Below are positions 49,335 through 60,049 of a stretch of 64,000 nt of DNA, in pieces. The notes under the pieces are model-generated. The model worked only from the letters and a program-made list of their open reading frames with translations. It had not been told where the DNA came from and ran no database searches. The DNA is from an uncultured Thiothrix sp. Its GTDB lineage: Bacteria; Pseudomonadota; Gammaproteobacteria; Poriferisulfidales; GCA-002705445. The translations under genes were made by a program, and so were the position numbers. Every line of letters starts with the position of its first letter. Within the stretch, counting starts at the first letter, position 1. The stretch is from contig CACEJE010000004.1 of NCBI GenBank assembly GCA_902559815.1, positions 1,372 to 65,371 on the forward strand, written 5' to 3'.

Positions 49335-52300
49335 TTTATTGACTCTATGATGTTTGATATCACAATTTTTTTCTCTCTTATATCTAAAAATTCTTTTTTA
49401 TATGTTAATGTATTGTCTTTACTAAATGATACATTATTAGCATTATTTATAAATTTTATCAATTTATCATGATTAATTTTTGCATCACCTAAAAATGTAA
49501 TTTTCAGCGAAGATTTACTAATAACAAGTTTTTTAATTCCTAACTTTGAGTATTTAATTTTCATTCTCGTAACGTCAATGAGGTTATCTACTTCTTTAGG
49601 TATGTTTCCGAATCTATTTATAAGCTCAAGAATTACGTTATCTATTTGATCTTGAGTTTCCGAATTTGCTATTTTTTTGTACATAATTAACCTTTGATTT
49701 ATATCATTAATATACTTCTCTGGAATTAATGTTACTTCGTTAATATCAATTTCTGTGATTGAATCTATAGGATTATCATAGTTTGGTATTTTTCCTGATT
49801 TTAAGGAAGATATTGCTTTTGACAATATTCTATTATAAAGAGAAAAACCTATTTCTTGAACTTCTCCGCTTTGAGAATCACCTAATAATGCTCCAGCTCC
49901 GCGTATTTCTAAATCTCGAGATGCTATAGAAAATCCTGAGCCAAGATCCTCCATGCTTTCTAGAGCTTGCAACCGTTTCTTTGCGTTTTCTGTAATATGA
50001 TTTTTATCATGAACCATTAAATAACAATATGCTTGTTTATCGCCTCTTCCAACTCTTCCTCTAATTTGATGTAGTTGTGATAAGCCAAACTTATCTGATT
50101 TATTAATAATTATCGTGTTTGCATTAGATATATCTATTCCATTTTCAATTATAGTTGTAGCAAGAAGTATATTAAATTTTTTATTATAAAACTCTAAAAC
50201 AACTTTTTCTAACTGAGAAGAACTCATTTGAGCATGAGCAATTTTTATAGAGTAACTAGGCATTAATTTTTGAATTTCGTTATAAATATGATCGATATCA
50301 TTTATTCGATTGTGGATAAAGAAAATCTGACCACCTCTATTTATTTCTCTATCACAGGCTTCTTTAATAACAGATTTCTCCCAATTTGAAATATAAGTTT
50401 TTATAGGAATTCTGTTTTCTGGAGATGTTGCGATTATACTAAGATCTCTAAGTCCGCCAAGTGACATATTTAGCGTTCTAGGTATTGGTGTTGCAGTTAA
50501 AGTTAGTACATTTACTTCATTTTTTACTTTTTTTAAAAATTCTTTATGTTTTACGCCAAACTTTTGCTCTTCATCTATTATAAGTAAGCCCAATGATTTA
50601 AATTTTATATCTTTCTGTATTACCCTATGAGTACCTATAAGGATATTACATTCTCCAGTATTTACTTCTTGAATGATTTTTTCTTGGTCTTTTTTAGATT
50701 TAAATCTTGATAGGCATTTTATATTAATTGGCCATTTTTCAAATCTCTCTTTAAATGTCTTTTCATGTTGTTCAGCCAAGAGTGTTGTTGGCGCCAACAA
50801 AACAACTTGCTTATAATTAGAAACACAAATAAATGCAGCTCTTAAGGCTATTTCAGTTTTACCAAAACCTACGTCACCGCATATTAATCTATCCATGAGT
50901 TTTTCAGATTGTAGGTCTTTTAATACATCATTTATTGCGTTCTGCTGATCTTCTGTTTCGTCGTATATAAAATCATTACAAAATTCTTCATATCCAATAT
51001 TATTAACATCATATTTTTTAATTTTTTTTAATGCTCTTTTTGCATTAATTTCTAAGAGCTCAGCAGCGATATCGTATGCTTTTTTTGTAGCTTTTTTCTT
51101 TGCATTAGACCAAGAAAATCCACCTAATTTATGTAATGGCGCAATTTCATTCTCGGATGTATTATATTTATTTACTAAATGTAATGATGAAACGGGTACA
51201 TACAACTTATCATTTTCGTCGTAGAGTATAGTTAGATACTCATTTGAGATATTATTTGTCTCAAGGTATTGAAGACCATTGTATCTTCCAACACCATGGA
51301 TATCGTGCACAACTGGCGATCCAATGTCTAAATTTTTGAGCTGATCCATTAAAAAAGTAGATTTTACGCTATTTTTATTACATTGCTGTTTAATTTTATC
51401 TTTTAAAATATCTTTATCATTAATAAAAGCTGTCTTGAGATCACTAATTTTAAAAGAATTTTTTAAGTAGCCACTAATTATATAAATATTATCATCGTCT
51501 ATTTGGTCAAAATCATTAATATGTTTATAGTTTATTTTATTAGATTTTAATATATCTTTAATATTTAATAATTTATTGTCATCATTAATTACCAAAATAA
51601 TGTAGTTTAATTTTTTTATAAATAATTCTAGTTCTCTAAGAGGTTTTTCTAGGTATGGCTTTATTGAAATATCAGGTATAGAAGATATATTATAATTATA
51701 TGAATGACTGTCTAAAACTTTTTGTTTTTCAATAGTAAATAAGTTTTTATTTTTTAAAATTTTAATTAACTCTTTTTTTTCTGTATATAGATAATCTGGA
51801 CTTAGCAGTGTAGTTTTGTGTTCTTGTGCGAAATTTAATTTTTCATTAATTTTCCTAGTATTAGAATCAATAATTTCATTAAAAGAACTAAAGATATAAA
51901 TATCATTTATATTATCAAAATAATCAAGAAACTCACCCACGTTTTCATAGAGAAGGGGAAAGAAATTATTAAAACCTTGGGGAACTATATTATTACTAAA
52001 AGATGTATATATTTCATTATTATTTGGGTTACCTTCAAATATTTCCCGAAATCTTTTTCTAAAATTTATAATATTTTTTTCATTAACTATAATATTATTT
52101 ATTGGAACTATATAAATTTTATCTTGTATATTTTCGGAATATGTAATTTGAGTGTCCGTATCAAATTTTTTGATTGTATCAATTTTGATATCATCTAGAT
52201 CTATTCGAATTGGTGACTCGTATCCGCCTGGAAATATATCAATTATTGATCCTCTTATTGAAAATTCTCCGATAAAATTTACTTGAGGGTTGTTTATATA

Positions 52301-52762
52301 CCCAATACAAGTTAGTTTTGTTTTAAATTTCTTTATATCAATAGTATCGTTTACAATTAATTCTATCGTATATTCTTTAAGTATATCCAATGGAATAATC
52401 TTTTTTTGCAGATTTTTAACTGTTGTTATTATAGTTAAAAATTCTTCATTGGATTTAATATATTTTATTAAGGCTAGATTTTTTTTTGAACTTAAGTATT
52501 TGTCACTATCAACCATATCATAAGGCAATTCTTCAGTGCCAGGAATAAAAATTAATTTTTGCTCATTATTTAGGCCAACAGATAATAATATTTCCTTCCT
52601 GATTCTCTCTGCATCTTCGTTATTTTCTGCAATTATGATTTTATTAGTATTCTTTAAAGATAGGAATAGTGAATCTGATGAATTTACAAGCCCATCAAAT
52701 AATTTTGATTCATTATTATTAAAATAAGAATTAATTTTATGTTTAAAAGATGAAATTTTCAT
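49331..52762 (-). CDS. mfd: transcription-repair coupling factor
   Basis: 1143 aa with a UvrB-homology N-terminus, an RNAP-interaction/CarD-like domain (VVHDIHGVGRY), and SF2 helicase motifs GDVGFGKTE, DEEQKFG, TATPIPRTL and QLHQIRGRVGR. Confidence 0.97.
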   Translation of the reverse strand: MKISSFKHKINSYFNNNESKLFDGLVNSSDSLFLSLKNTNKIIIAENNEDAERIRKEILLSVGLNNEQKLIFIPGTEELPYDMVDSDKYLSSKKNLALIKYIKSNEEFLTIITTVKNLQKKIIPLDILKEYTIELIVNDTIDIKKFKTKLTCIGYINNPQVNFIGEFSIRGSIIDIFPGGYESPIRIDLDDIKIDTIKKFDTDTQITYSENIQDKIYIVPINNIIVNEKNIINFRKRFREIFEGNPNNNEIYTSFSNNIVPQGFNNFFPLLYENVGEFLDYFDNINDIYIFSSFNEIIDSNTRKINEKLNFAQEHKTTLLSPDYLYTEKKELIKILKNKNLFTIEKQKVLDSHSYNYNISSIPDISIKPYLEKPLRELELFIKKLNYIILVINDDNKLLNIKDILKSNKINYKHINDFDQIDDDNIYIISGYLKNSFKISDLKTAFINDKDILKDKIKQQCNKNSVKSTFLMDQLKNLDIGSPVVHDIHGVGRYNGLQYLETNNISNEYLTILYDENDKLYVPVSSLHLVNKYNTSENEIAPLHKLGGFSWSNAKKKATKKAYDIAAELLEINAKRALKKIKKYDVNNIGYEEFCNDFIYDETEDQQNAINDVLKDLQSEKLMDRLICGDVGFGKTEIALRAAFICVSNYKQVVLLAPTTLLAEQHEKTFKERFEKWPINIKCLSRFKSKKDQEKIIQEVNTGECNILIGTHRVIQKDIKFKSLGLLIIDEEQKFGVKHKEFLKKVKNEVNVLTLTATPIPRTLNMSLGGLRDLSIIATSPENRIPIKTYISNWEKSVIKEACDREINRGGQIFFIHNRINDIDHIYNEIQKLMPSYSIKIAHAQMSSSQLEKVVLEFYNKKFNILLATTIIENGIDISNANTIIINKSDKFGLSQLHQIRGRVGRGDKQAYCYLMVHDKNHITENAKKRLQALESMEDLGSGFSIASRDLEIRGAGALLGDSQSGEVQEIGFSLYNRILSKAISSLKSGKIPNYDNPIDSITEIDINEVTLIPEKYINDINQRLIMYKKIANSETQDQIDNVILELINRFGNIPKEVDNLIDVTRMKIKYSKLGIKKLVISKSSLKITFLGDAKINHDKLIKFINNANNVSFSKDNTLTYKKEFLDIREKKIVISNIIESIK

Positions 52763-52884
52763 TATTTTCTTAATTTAGGATAATTATTCTACATTATTAT
52801 TTTAAAAAATGTATTTATTGTAGAATTTATATAGATTATTTCGTGTGTTATTATGCATATACATAAATTTCACAGGGATTTCAA

Positions 52885-53535
52885 TTGAAAAACATAGATA
52901 TTTTAGTAGATAATGCGACTTGTCTGAGAGGCGACAATCTAATTTTTGACAATATAAGCTTTAATTTATCAAATGGTGAAATTTTGTTTATTATGGGTCC
53001 AAACGGATGTGGTAAAACCACTTTAATTAGATCTTTATGTGGAATACAACACCTAGAAAATGGCTGTATAAAAATTAATAATGTAAATATAAATAATCCA
53101 GAATGTAATTTTCTAGAAAATTTGGTTTATATTGGTCACAATGATAGTCTTTCTGAAAATCTCACTACCTATGAAAATTTAGAATATTTGAATAAGTTTG
53201 ACTTAAGTAACAAAGATGAATTTATTAGTAATCCCAATAAATTTTTAAAATTTTTTGACATAAGTAAATATAAAAATTATTTAGTTTCAGAGCTTTCACA
53301 GGGAAACAAAAAGAAAGTTGCTTTATCAAGATTATTATTCACGAATAAAAAAATATGGGTACTTGATGAGCCACTGAGTTTTTTAGATGAAGATAGTAAA
53401 AATAATTTAATAAAACTATTTTTAGATCATATAACTAATGGTGGTTTAATTGTTACATCGACACATATTGATTTTTCAAATTATTTTGAAAAATCAAAAT
53501 ATTTAAATATGAAAGGGATTAATATTAATGAATAG
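52885..53535 (+). CDS. ccmA: cytochrome c biogenesis haem-exporter ATPase CcmA
   Basis: 216 aa with a TTG start after AGGGA, Walker A GPNGCGKTT, signature LSQGNKKKVAL and Walker B WVLDEP. It is the first gene of the ccm cluster. Confidence 0.88.
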   Translation: MKNIDILVDNATCLRGDNLIFDNISFNLSNGEILFIMGPNGCGKTTLIRSLCGIQHLENGCIKINNVNINNPECNFLENLVYIGHNDSLSENLTTYENLEYLNKFDLSNKDEFISNPNKFLKFFDISKYKNYLVSELSQGNKKKVALSRLLFTNKKIWVLDEPLSFLDEDSKNNLIKLFLDHITNGGLIVTSTHIDFSNYFEKSKYLNMKGININE

Positions 53536-54190
53536 CATAATTTTCAAAAAAGAAATTTATACGTATTTTAGAAACTTGAATTATATCTTTTTACCATTAA
53601 TTTTCTTTTTCTTAGTAATATCTATTTTTCCTCTTGTTATCGGCCCTAACAAGTCACTTATAGCAAAAATTATCCCTGGGATAATCTGGATAACAATAAT
53701 TTTTACTAGTTTACTTAGTTCGTCAAATTTTTTTAAAGATGATTATAATAATGGGATAATCGAAATGTATTTAACGTCTGAAAAATCGATAGAATTTATT
53801 TTATTTTTAAAAATTATTATATGCTGGTTTTTTACAATTTTTCCAATTATCATTTTTATTCCTATTGTATCAATTATGTTTAATATATCATTACATACAT
53901 TAACAACTATTTTCTTAACATTACTCCTTGGAACACCTGTTTTAGTATCTATAGGTATATTTGGGTCTGCATTAACAATGGGTATTTCAAAGAATAATAT
54001 ATTAGGCCCTATTATAACTGTTCCCTTTTATATTCCTGTATTAATATTTTCTGCTAGCGCTATTGAATCTGTATCCAATGGTTTGCCATATGATCTGCAA
54101 ATCTATGTTTTGCTATCAATTTTACTATTAATACTACCCACTATGCCATATTTACTTAAATACACTTTGAGAATTAGTATAAATAATTAA
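53528..54190 (+). CDS. ccmB: haem exporter permease CcmB
   Basis: 220 aa with six TM segments. Its position and size match CcmB, and it overlaps ccmA by 8 nt. Confidence 0.88.
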   Translation: MNSIIFKKEIYTYFRNLNYIFLPLIFFFLVISIFPLVIGPNKSLIAKIIPGIIWITIIFTSLLSSSNFFKDDYNNGIIEMYLTSEKSIEFILFLKIIICWFFTIFPIIIFIPIVSIMFNISLHTLTTIFLTLLLGTPVLVSIGIFGSALTMGISKNNILGPIITVPFYIPVLIFSASAIESVSNGLPYDLQIYVLLSILLLILPTMPYLLKYTLRISINN

Positions 54191-54192
54191 TT

Positions 54193-54921
54193 ATGAATAT
54201 TTCAAAAATAGCAAATTTAAAATATTTTTATAAACATACTAAAAATGTTTCTAAAATTCTTTCTTTTATAACTTTTTCTTTGTTTATAGTTGGTATCTTT
54301 TGGGGACTATATATAGCTCCGAAGGATTATCTGCAAGGAGATAGTTATCGAATTATATATGTACACGTGCCAGCTGCTTGGCTTTCTTTACAAGTTTATA
54401 TAGTTATGGCTGTTACTGGGTTTATAGCATTAGTTTGGAAAATAAAAATTATGGAAATTATTAGTATTCAAAGTGCATCTATTGGTGCTTATTTTACCCT
54501 AATAGCTCTTGTAACCGGCATGATATGGGGTAAGCCTACTTGGGGAACCTATTGGGTATGGGACGCAAGATTAACCTCTGAATTAATACTCTTATTCTTG
54601 TATATTGGGATAATAGTTATTTATTCATCCTTCACTGATAAAAGACAAGGGGCAAAAATAGCAGCGCTACTAGCAATAGTAGGCTTAATTAATATCCCTA
54701 TAATTCATTATTCTGTAGAATGGTGGAATACATTGCATCAAGGCCCAACAGTTACAAAATTTGAAAAACCATCGGCCCACATTACAATGCTAATGCCACT
54801 TTTATATATGTTACTAGTTTTTAACTTGTATTTTGTAACAGTTTTAATAAAAAGAGTAAGATTAGGAATATTTCAAAGAGAAAAAAATACTAAATGGATG
54901 GAGAACTATCTTAATGATTGA
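54193..54921 (+). CDS. ccmC: haem lyase/exporter component CcmC
   Basis: 242 aa with the tryptophan-rich WWD motif WGKPTWGTYWVWDARLTS and conserved His residues. Confidence 0.93.
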   Translation: MNISKIANLKYFYKHTKNVSKILSFITFSLFIVGIFWGLYIAPKDYLQGDSYRIIYVHVPAAWLSLQVYIVMAVTGFIALVWKIKIMEIISIQSASIGAYFTLIALVTGMIWGKPTWGTYWVWDARLTSELILLFLYIGIIVIYSSFTDKRQGAKIAALLAIVGLINIPIIHYSVEWWNTLHQGPTVTKFEKPSAHITMLMPLLYMLLVFNLYFVTVLIKRVRLGIFQREKNTKWMENYLND

Positions 54922-55069
54922 GTTTCTGAGCATGGGAAAACATACAGCCTTTGTTTATACAGCATATGTATTTTCTGTAATAGTATTAGTAATTGGTTTT
55001 TATATCCCACATTTTATCTTAAATAGGGAAGTTAAGAAAAAAAAGAATGAAAATAACAAAGACAAATAA
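54914..55069 (+). CDS. ccmD: haem exporter protein CcmD
   Basis: Not in the ORF track. The 51-aa product MIEFLSMGKHTAFVYTAYVFSVIVLVIGFYIPHFILNREVKKKK... parallels E. coli CcmD ...EFFAMGGYAFFVWLAVV. It overlaps ccmC by 8 nt and ccmE by 23 nt. Confidence 0.75.
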   Translation: MIEFLSMGKHTAFVYTAYVFSVIVLVIGFYIPHFILNREVKKKKNENNKDK

Positions 55070-55496
55070 AAAACGTATTATTAAAATATTAGTATTCTTT
55101 TTTGCTATAACGAGTTTTAGTTCAATACTAATTTATGCTCTAAGCCAAAATATGATTTATTTTTATACACCCACACAAGTCTATAATAGTGAGGCACCAA
55201 TTGATTCTAATATAAGAGTAGGTGGAATGGTAAAAGTTAACTCAGTTAAAAAAATAAATAATAGCTTAAAAGTTAATTTTACAGTTCATGATTTAGAGCA
55301 GGAGCTTAATGTTACTTATACTGGGATACTTCCAGACTTGTTTGGAGAAGGGCAAGGAGTTGTAATGACAGGAAAATTAATAAGTAAAAAAATTTTTCTA
55401 GCAGAAGAAGTTCTAGCAAAACATGATGAAAATTATATGCCTCCAGAAGTTGCTGATATGATGAAAGAAAAAAACAAAGAGATGTTTAACAAATGA
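55047..55496 (+). CDS. ccmE: haem chaperone CcmE
   Basis: 149 aa with an N-terminal anchor, an OB-fold and the haem-binding His in LAKHDENYMPPEV. Confidence 0.92.
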   Translation: MKITKTNKKRIIKILVFFFAITSFSSILIYALSQNMIYFYTPTQVYNSEAPIDSNIRVGGMVKVNSVKKINNSLKVNFTVHDLEQELNVTYTGILPDLFGEGQGVVMTGKLISKKIFLAEEVLAKHDENYMPPEVADMMKEKNKEMFNK

Positions 55497-57382
55497 TAAC
55501 GGAAATTGGAAATATATTACTTTGTGTATCAGCAGCATTATCTCTATGTTTATTTTCATTTATTTTTTTAAAGAAAGTTATAAATATAGATAACTGTTTT
55601 CATTTTAGTAAAAATATATCTTTGATAATATTAATATCTTTATTATCTTCATTTTTATTATTATCATATGCTTTTTTAACTGATAATTTTTCTTTAAGAT
55701 ATGTAGCAACCAACTCAAACCTTACTTTAGAAAATATATATAAATTTTCTGCTGTATGGGGAGCGCATGAGGGATCTATTTTGTTATGGGTTCTTGTTCT
55801 TGCATTTTGGTGCTTTTCAATTGCTTTATTTTCAAAACATATTCCAAAAAAAATAATTGTGGATATGCTTGCAATTATGGGTATTTTGATACTTTTTTTC
55901 TTGCTCTTCATTCTATTAACATCAAATCCTTTTGATAGAATTTTCCCAATACCTTTAAATGGAAATGATCTAAATCCTCTTTTGCAAGATCCTGGGCTAA
56001 TAATTCATCCTCCAATGTTATACTTTGGTTATGTGGGAACAAGTGTTCCATTTGCCTTTGCTGTAGCTATTTTGATAAACGAAAATATTAAATCAGAGTG
56101 GTTATCGTGGCTAAGAAAATGGGTTATGGCTTCTTGGATGTTCTTAACTATTGGTATATCACTTGGAAGTTGGTGGGCTTACCATGAACTTGGTTGGGGA
56201 GGATGGTGGTTTTGGGACCCAGTAGAAAATGCATCTTTCATGCCTTGGCTCGCTATTACTGCTTTATTGCATTCAATAATTGTATCTGAAAAAAGAGGCA
56301 TATTTATAAGTTGGACGATTTTATTATCTATTTTAACTTTTTCTTTAAGTTTACTTGGAACATTTTTAGTAAGATCAGGAATTCTTGTTTCAGTCCATGC
56401 TTTTGCAAATGATCCAGAAAGAGGGCTATACATATTAGTTTTTTTGACAATAGTTATCGGCTTATCACTGTTACTATATTTTGTTAAATCCTCCAAGTTA
56501 ATAACTTATAGTAATTATAATATTTCTTCTAAAGAATTTATATTATTAATAAATAACTTATTTTTAACAGTAACAACATTTGCAATTTTACTAGGAACAT
56601 TATATCCGTTAATTTCAAGTACATTGGACCTTGGAAAAATATCAGTTGGCGCCCCATATTTTAATTTTATTTTTTCAGCGTTAACGCTGCCAATAGTATT
56701 TTTGATGTCGCCAGCAATATTTAGCGCTTGGAAAAAAACTAATTATAATCATTTGATAAAAAAACTAGGGTTATTTTTTATGTTTTCATTGATAATTACA
56801 TATTTCTTTTTACATTTTTATGTTGATGTAGAAAATTTTATTGTTTTTTTAGCTATCGTTATAGCAATATTTACTATTTTATCCTCATTATATAAGCTTT
56901 CTCAAACAAGAATTTTATCTGCAAATTTAATTTCACATATTGGAATAGGTGTATTGATTATTGGGATTACTATAAGCAATTATTATTCATCTCAACATGA
57001 GGTAATTATGAAAAAGGGTGCAAATATAGCAATTCAAGAATTTCAAATTGCATTTAATGATGTAAAAAATAAAGTTTCAAAAAATTATACTTCAAAAGTG
57101 GGAATTTTTGATTTATATGACAATAAAGATTATCTTATATCTTTTTTTCCTGAAAAGAGAATATATAATGTTCAAAAAAATATTATGACTGAAGCAGCAA
57201 TTCATTCAACATTAACAAGAGATATTTATGTCGCACTTGGAGAAAAAGTAAACGATAATTCGTGGGTTGTTCGTATATATTACAAGCCATTTATTCAGTT
57301 TCTGTGGCTCGGTGCTATATTAATGATATTGGGTGGTTTTTTTGGTATATTTGGCAACTTAAATCTTTTTAAAAAAAATTAA
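55493..57382 (+). CDS. ccmF: cytochrome c haem lyase subunit CcmF
   Basis: 629 aa and polytopic, with the WWD motif GWGGWWFWDPVENASFMPWL. Confidence 0.95.
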   Translation: MITEIGNILLCVSAALSLCLFSFIFLKKVINIDNCFHFSKNISLIILISLLSSFLLLSYAFLTDNFSLRYVATNSNLTLENIYKFSAVWGAHEGSILLWVLVLAFWCFSIALFSKHIPKKIIVDMLAIMGILILFFLLFILLTSNPFDRIFPIPLNGNDLNPLLQDPGLIIHPPMLYFGYVGTSVPFAFAVAILINENIKSEWLSWLRKWVMASWMFLTIGISLGSWWAYHELGWGGWWFWDPVENASFMPWLAITALLHSIIVSEKRGIFISWTILLSILTFSLSLLGTFLVRSGILVSVHAFANDPERGLYILVFLTIVIGLSLLLYFVKSSKLITYSNYNISSKEFILLINNLFLTVTTFAILLGTLYPLISSTLDLGKISVGAPYFNFIFSALTLPIVFLMSPAIFSAWKKTNYNHLIKKLGLFFMFSLIITYFFLHFYVDVENFIVFLAIVIAIFTILSSLYKLSQTRILSANLISHIGIGVLIIGITISNYYSSQHEVIMKKGANIAIQEFQIAFNDVKNKVSKNYTSKVGIFDLYDNKDYLISFFPEKRIYNVQKNIMTEAAIHSTLTRDIYVALGEKVNDNSWVVRIYYKPFIQFLWLGAILMILGGFFGIFGNLNLFKKN

Positions 57383-57383
57383 A

Positions 57384-57902
57384 ATGAACTTTAGGTTACC
57401 AACATTATCAATTGTACTTTTTTTGGGTATTATTTATTTTTTATATACAGGTTTAGATAAAGATCCAACGTTAATTCCTTCTCCACTTATTGGAAAAACA
57501 GTACCAGACTTTAAATCAACTGATTTAATTTCAGGGGAAGATATTACAAATAAAGAATTGTTGGGAAAATTTTATATTCTTAATGTTTGGGCGAGTTGGT
57601 GTTATGGATGTTCATTAGAACATAATCATTTAATGAATATATATAAAAATAATGAAATTGATATTTTTGGATTAAACTATAAGGATGAAAAAAACTCTGC
57701 AATAAATTGGCTTAAGGAAAGAGGAAACCCATATAAAAATGTTATAGTTGATGTAAATGGAAATATTGCAATTGACTATGGTGTATACGGCGCACCAGAG
57801 ACATTTATAATTAATGAAGATGGAGTAATAATTTATAAGCATGTTGGTCCAATAGACCAAAGTTTTTATAATAAAATTATATTACCATTAATGAAAAAAT
57901 GA
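57384..57902 (+). CDS. ccmG: thiol:disulfide oxidoreductase CcmG/DsbE
   Basis: 172 aa with a membrane anchor and WASWCYGC, plus GVYGAPETF. Confidence 0.9.
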   Translation: MNFRLPTLSIVLFLGIIYFLYTGLDKDPTLIPSPLIGKTVPDFKSTDLISGEDITNKELLGKFYILNVWASWCYGCSLEHNHLMNIYKNNEIDIFGLNYKDEKNSAINWLKERGNPYKNVIVDVNGNIAIDYGVYGAPETFIINEDGVIIYKHVGPIDQSFYNKIILPLMKK

Positions 57903-58807
57903 AAAAATTAATTTTATATTATATTGTGCTACTTATTTTTTCAAATAACCTGCACGCATTCGAAACAAAAAAATATAATGAGATTATTGAAAGCTTAAGG
58001 TGTTTGGTTTGTCAAAATCAATCACTTGCAGAATCAGACTCAAGTCTAGCTAAAGACCTCAGGTCAAAAGTTAAAGAGTTAATAAAAAATGGTAAATCCA
58101 GTGACGAAATATACAAATTTATGTCAGATAGATATACTGACTATGTTTTATATAATCCGCCTGTCAAAAAGTCCACAATTTTTCTTTGGTATGGTCCTTT
58201 TATAATTTTAGCAATATGTTTAATTTTTTTATTTTGGAAATTTGGTTTTAAAAAAAAGATTCATAAGGAAAATATTATTTATACAAAAAATAATAATGAA
58301 GAAGATTTTATTCAAGAGAATAAAATTAGTAATAAGAAAATTATTTTATTTTTATTGTTTTTTGTGCCTATTATATCAGTATCAATTTATTCATATTCAA
58401 GTGAATTGATGAGATATAAAATATCACATTTTTTTCAAAGTAAAGAGCCAGTTATTAATATAACAATACAGATCCATGATTCTTTATTAGACAAAATAAC
58501 TGGTAATGAAATACTATTTGTTTATGCTAGGAGATCTAGTGGTATGAGAGTGCCATTAGCTATCAACATTTTTGATGTAAAAAAACAAAAAAGAAATTAT
58601 AATGTTAAACTTGATAATACAATGTATATGATTAACAACCAAACACTGTCATCTACTAACGAAGTGATTATAGAGGCAAGAATTTCAAAGGAAAAAAAAG
58701 CTGCAGCTTCTCCTGGTGATTACATAGGAACTTCATTACCTATAGTTTTAGAATCATCTAATTATGTTTTATTAAAAATTGACTCAATAGTGACAAGTAA
58801 AAAATGA
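57899..58807 (+). CDS. ccmH: CcmH fused to a short CcmI-like C-terminal domain
   Basis: 302 aa. The N-terminal CcmH motif is LRCLVCQNQSLAESDS, followed by a TM segment. The C-terminal segment ILFVYARRSSGMRVPLAI...EARISKEKKAAASPGDYIG resembles the CcmI C-terminal domain. No TPR-like region is evident between them. Confidence 0.82.
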   Translation: MKKLILYYIVLLIFSNNLHAFETKKYNEIIESLRCLVCQNQSLAESDSSLAKDLRSKVKELIKNGKSSDEIYKFMSDRYTDYVLYNPPVKKSTIFLWYGPFIILAICLIFLFWKFGFKKKIHKENIIYTKNNNEEDFIQENKISNKKIILFLLFFVPIISVSIYSYSSELMRYKISHFFQSKEPVINITIQIHDSLLDKITGNEILFVYARRSSGMRVPLAINIFDVKKQKRNYNVKLDNTMYMINNQTLSSTNEVIIEARISKEKKAAASPGDYIGTSLPIVLESSNYVLLKIDSIVTSKK

Positions 58808-60048
58808 AATATATAACACCATATCTTGCTTACAAATATTTAAAGTCTAAAAAAAATAGTCGTTTTACCTCTATAATTTCAAAGTCTTCAGTAATAGGTA
58901 TATCGCTTGGTATAGCCGCTATTATAATAGTCATGTCAATTATGAATGGTTTTCATAGCGAAATGCGAAATAAAATTCTAAGCATGGTTTCGCATGTTAT
59001 CGTTACTCAGAATAATTATGAGCTTAAAGATTGGGATAAGTTAAAATTTAAAATTGATAGAAACAATTTTGTAGCTGCTTCTGCACCATACGTAGAAGGC
59101 CAAGCAATGATCAGTTATGGTGGAAACGTTCATGGAATTCAATTAAAAGGAATTATACCTGAATATGAAAAAGAAGTGACGAGTTTATCAAATAATATAA
59201 TACAAGGAGATTTAAGCAAAATAGGAAATAATCCATATCAAATTTCAATAGGTTCTGATCTTGCAAAAAAAATGAATTTAAATATAGGTGATAAATTAAC
59301 TTTAATTATACCTCGCGCAAACTCGACTTTGATTGGTATTGTTCCGAGATTTAAAAGATTTGAGGTCTCATCTATTTTTGAATTTGGGATGCATCAGTAC
59401 GATAAAGATCTTGTTTTTATAGATATTGAAGAAGCTCAGAAATTATACGAAATGGATAATTATGTTTCAGGCTTAAGATTAAAATTATTTGATTTATTCA
59501 AATCGCCAGGTATGTCATCAATAATAAGGAACGAAATTAGCCCTGAGTACATTGTTATTGATTGGACAATGATGAACAAAAATTTCTTTAAAGCATTACA
59601 AATGGAAAAAACAATGCTAATGCTTTTAATGTTGTTAATAGTTTTAGTTGCTACATTTAATATAATTTCTTCTTTATTTATGGTTGTTTCAGAAAAAAAA
59701 TCTGATATTGCTATTTTAAAAACAATTGGAATGAGCTCAAACAAAATTATGTCAATATTTATTATTCAAGGATGTTTTCTTGGTATTATTGGTATTGTCC
59801 TTGGAATAATCTTAGGATGTTTATTCTGTTATAACCTAGATTATATTGTGCAATTTATTGAGTATATATTGGGTTACAGTATTTTAGATTCAGATATATA
59901 CATGATAAGTAAAGTCCCGGCAGAGATAAGAATTCTTGATATTATATTTATCTCATTAACTTCATTCATTTTTTCTTTATTAGCCACATTATATCCATCT
60001 ATTAATGCATCTAGGACTAAACCAGCAGAAGTGCTTAAGGGTAATTAA
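58804..60048 (+). CDS. lipoprotein-releasing ABC transporter permease (LolC/E family)
   Basis: 414 aa with the MacB-like/FtsX topology: TM1, a large periplasmic domain, then three C-terminal TMs. The ending ...INASRTKPAEVLKG is typical of LolC/E. lolD follows directly. Confidence 0.9.
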   Translation: MKYITPYLAYKYLKSKKNSRFTSIISKSSVIGISLGIAAIIIVMSIMNGFHSEMRNKILSMVSHVIVTQNNYELKDWDKLKFKIDRNNFVAASAPYVEGQAMISYGGNVHGIQLKGIIPEYEKEVTSLSNNIIQGDLSKIGNNPYQISIGSDLAKKMNLNIGDKLTLIIPRANSTLIGIVPRFKRFEVSSIFEFGMHQYDKDLVFIDIEEAQKLYEMDNYVSGLRLKLFDLFKSPGMSSIIRNEISPEYIVIDWTMMNKNFFKALQMEKTMLMLLMLLIVLVATFNIISSLFMVVSEKKSDIAILKTIGMSSNKIMSIFIIQGCFLGIIGIVLGIILGCLFCYNLDYIVQFIEYILGYSILDSDIYMISKVPAEIRILDIIFISLTSFIFSLLATLYPSINASRTKPAEVLKGN

Positions 60049-60049
60049 A

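Noticed and set aside
52786-52826. Inverted repeat ATTCTACA ... TGTAGAAT in the mfd<>ccmA intergenic region, as a possible operator
   Set aside because: It has 8-bp arms separated by about 25 nt of pure AT sequence. It is plausible by chance and I have no supporting conservation information.
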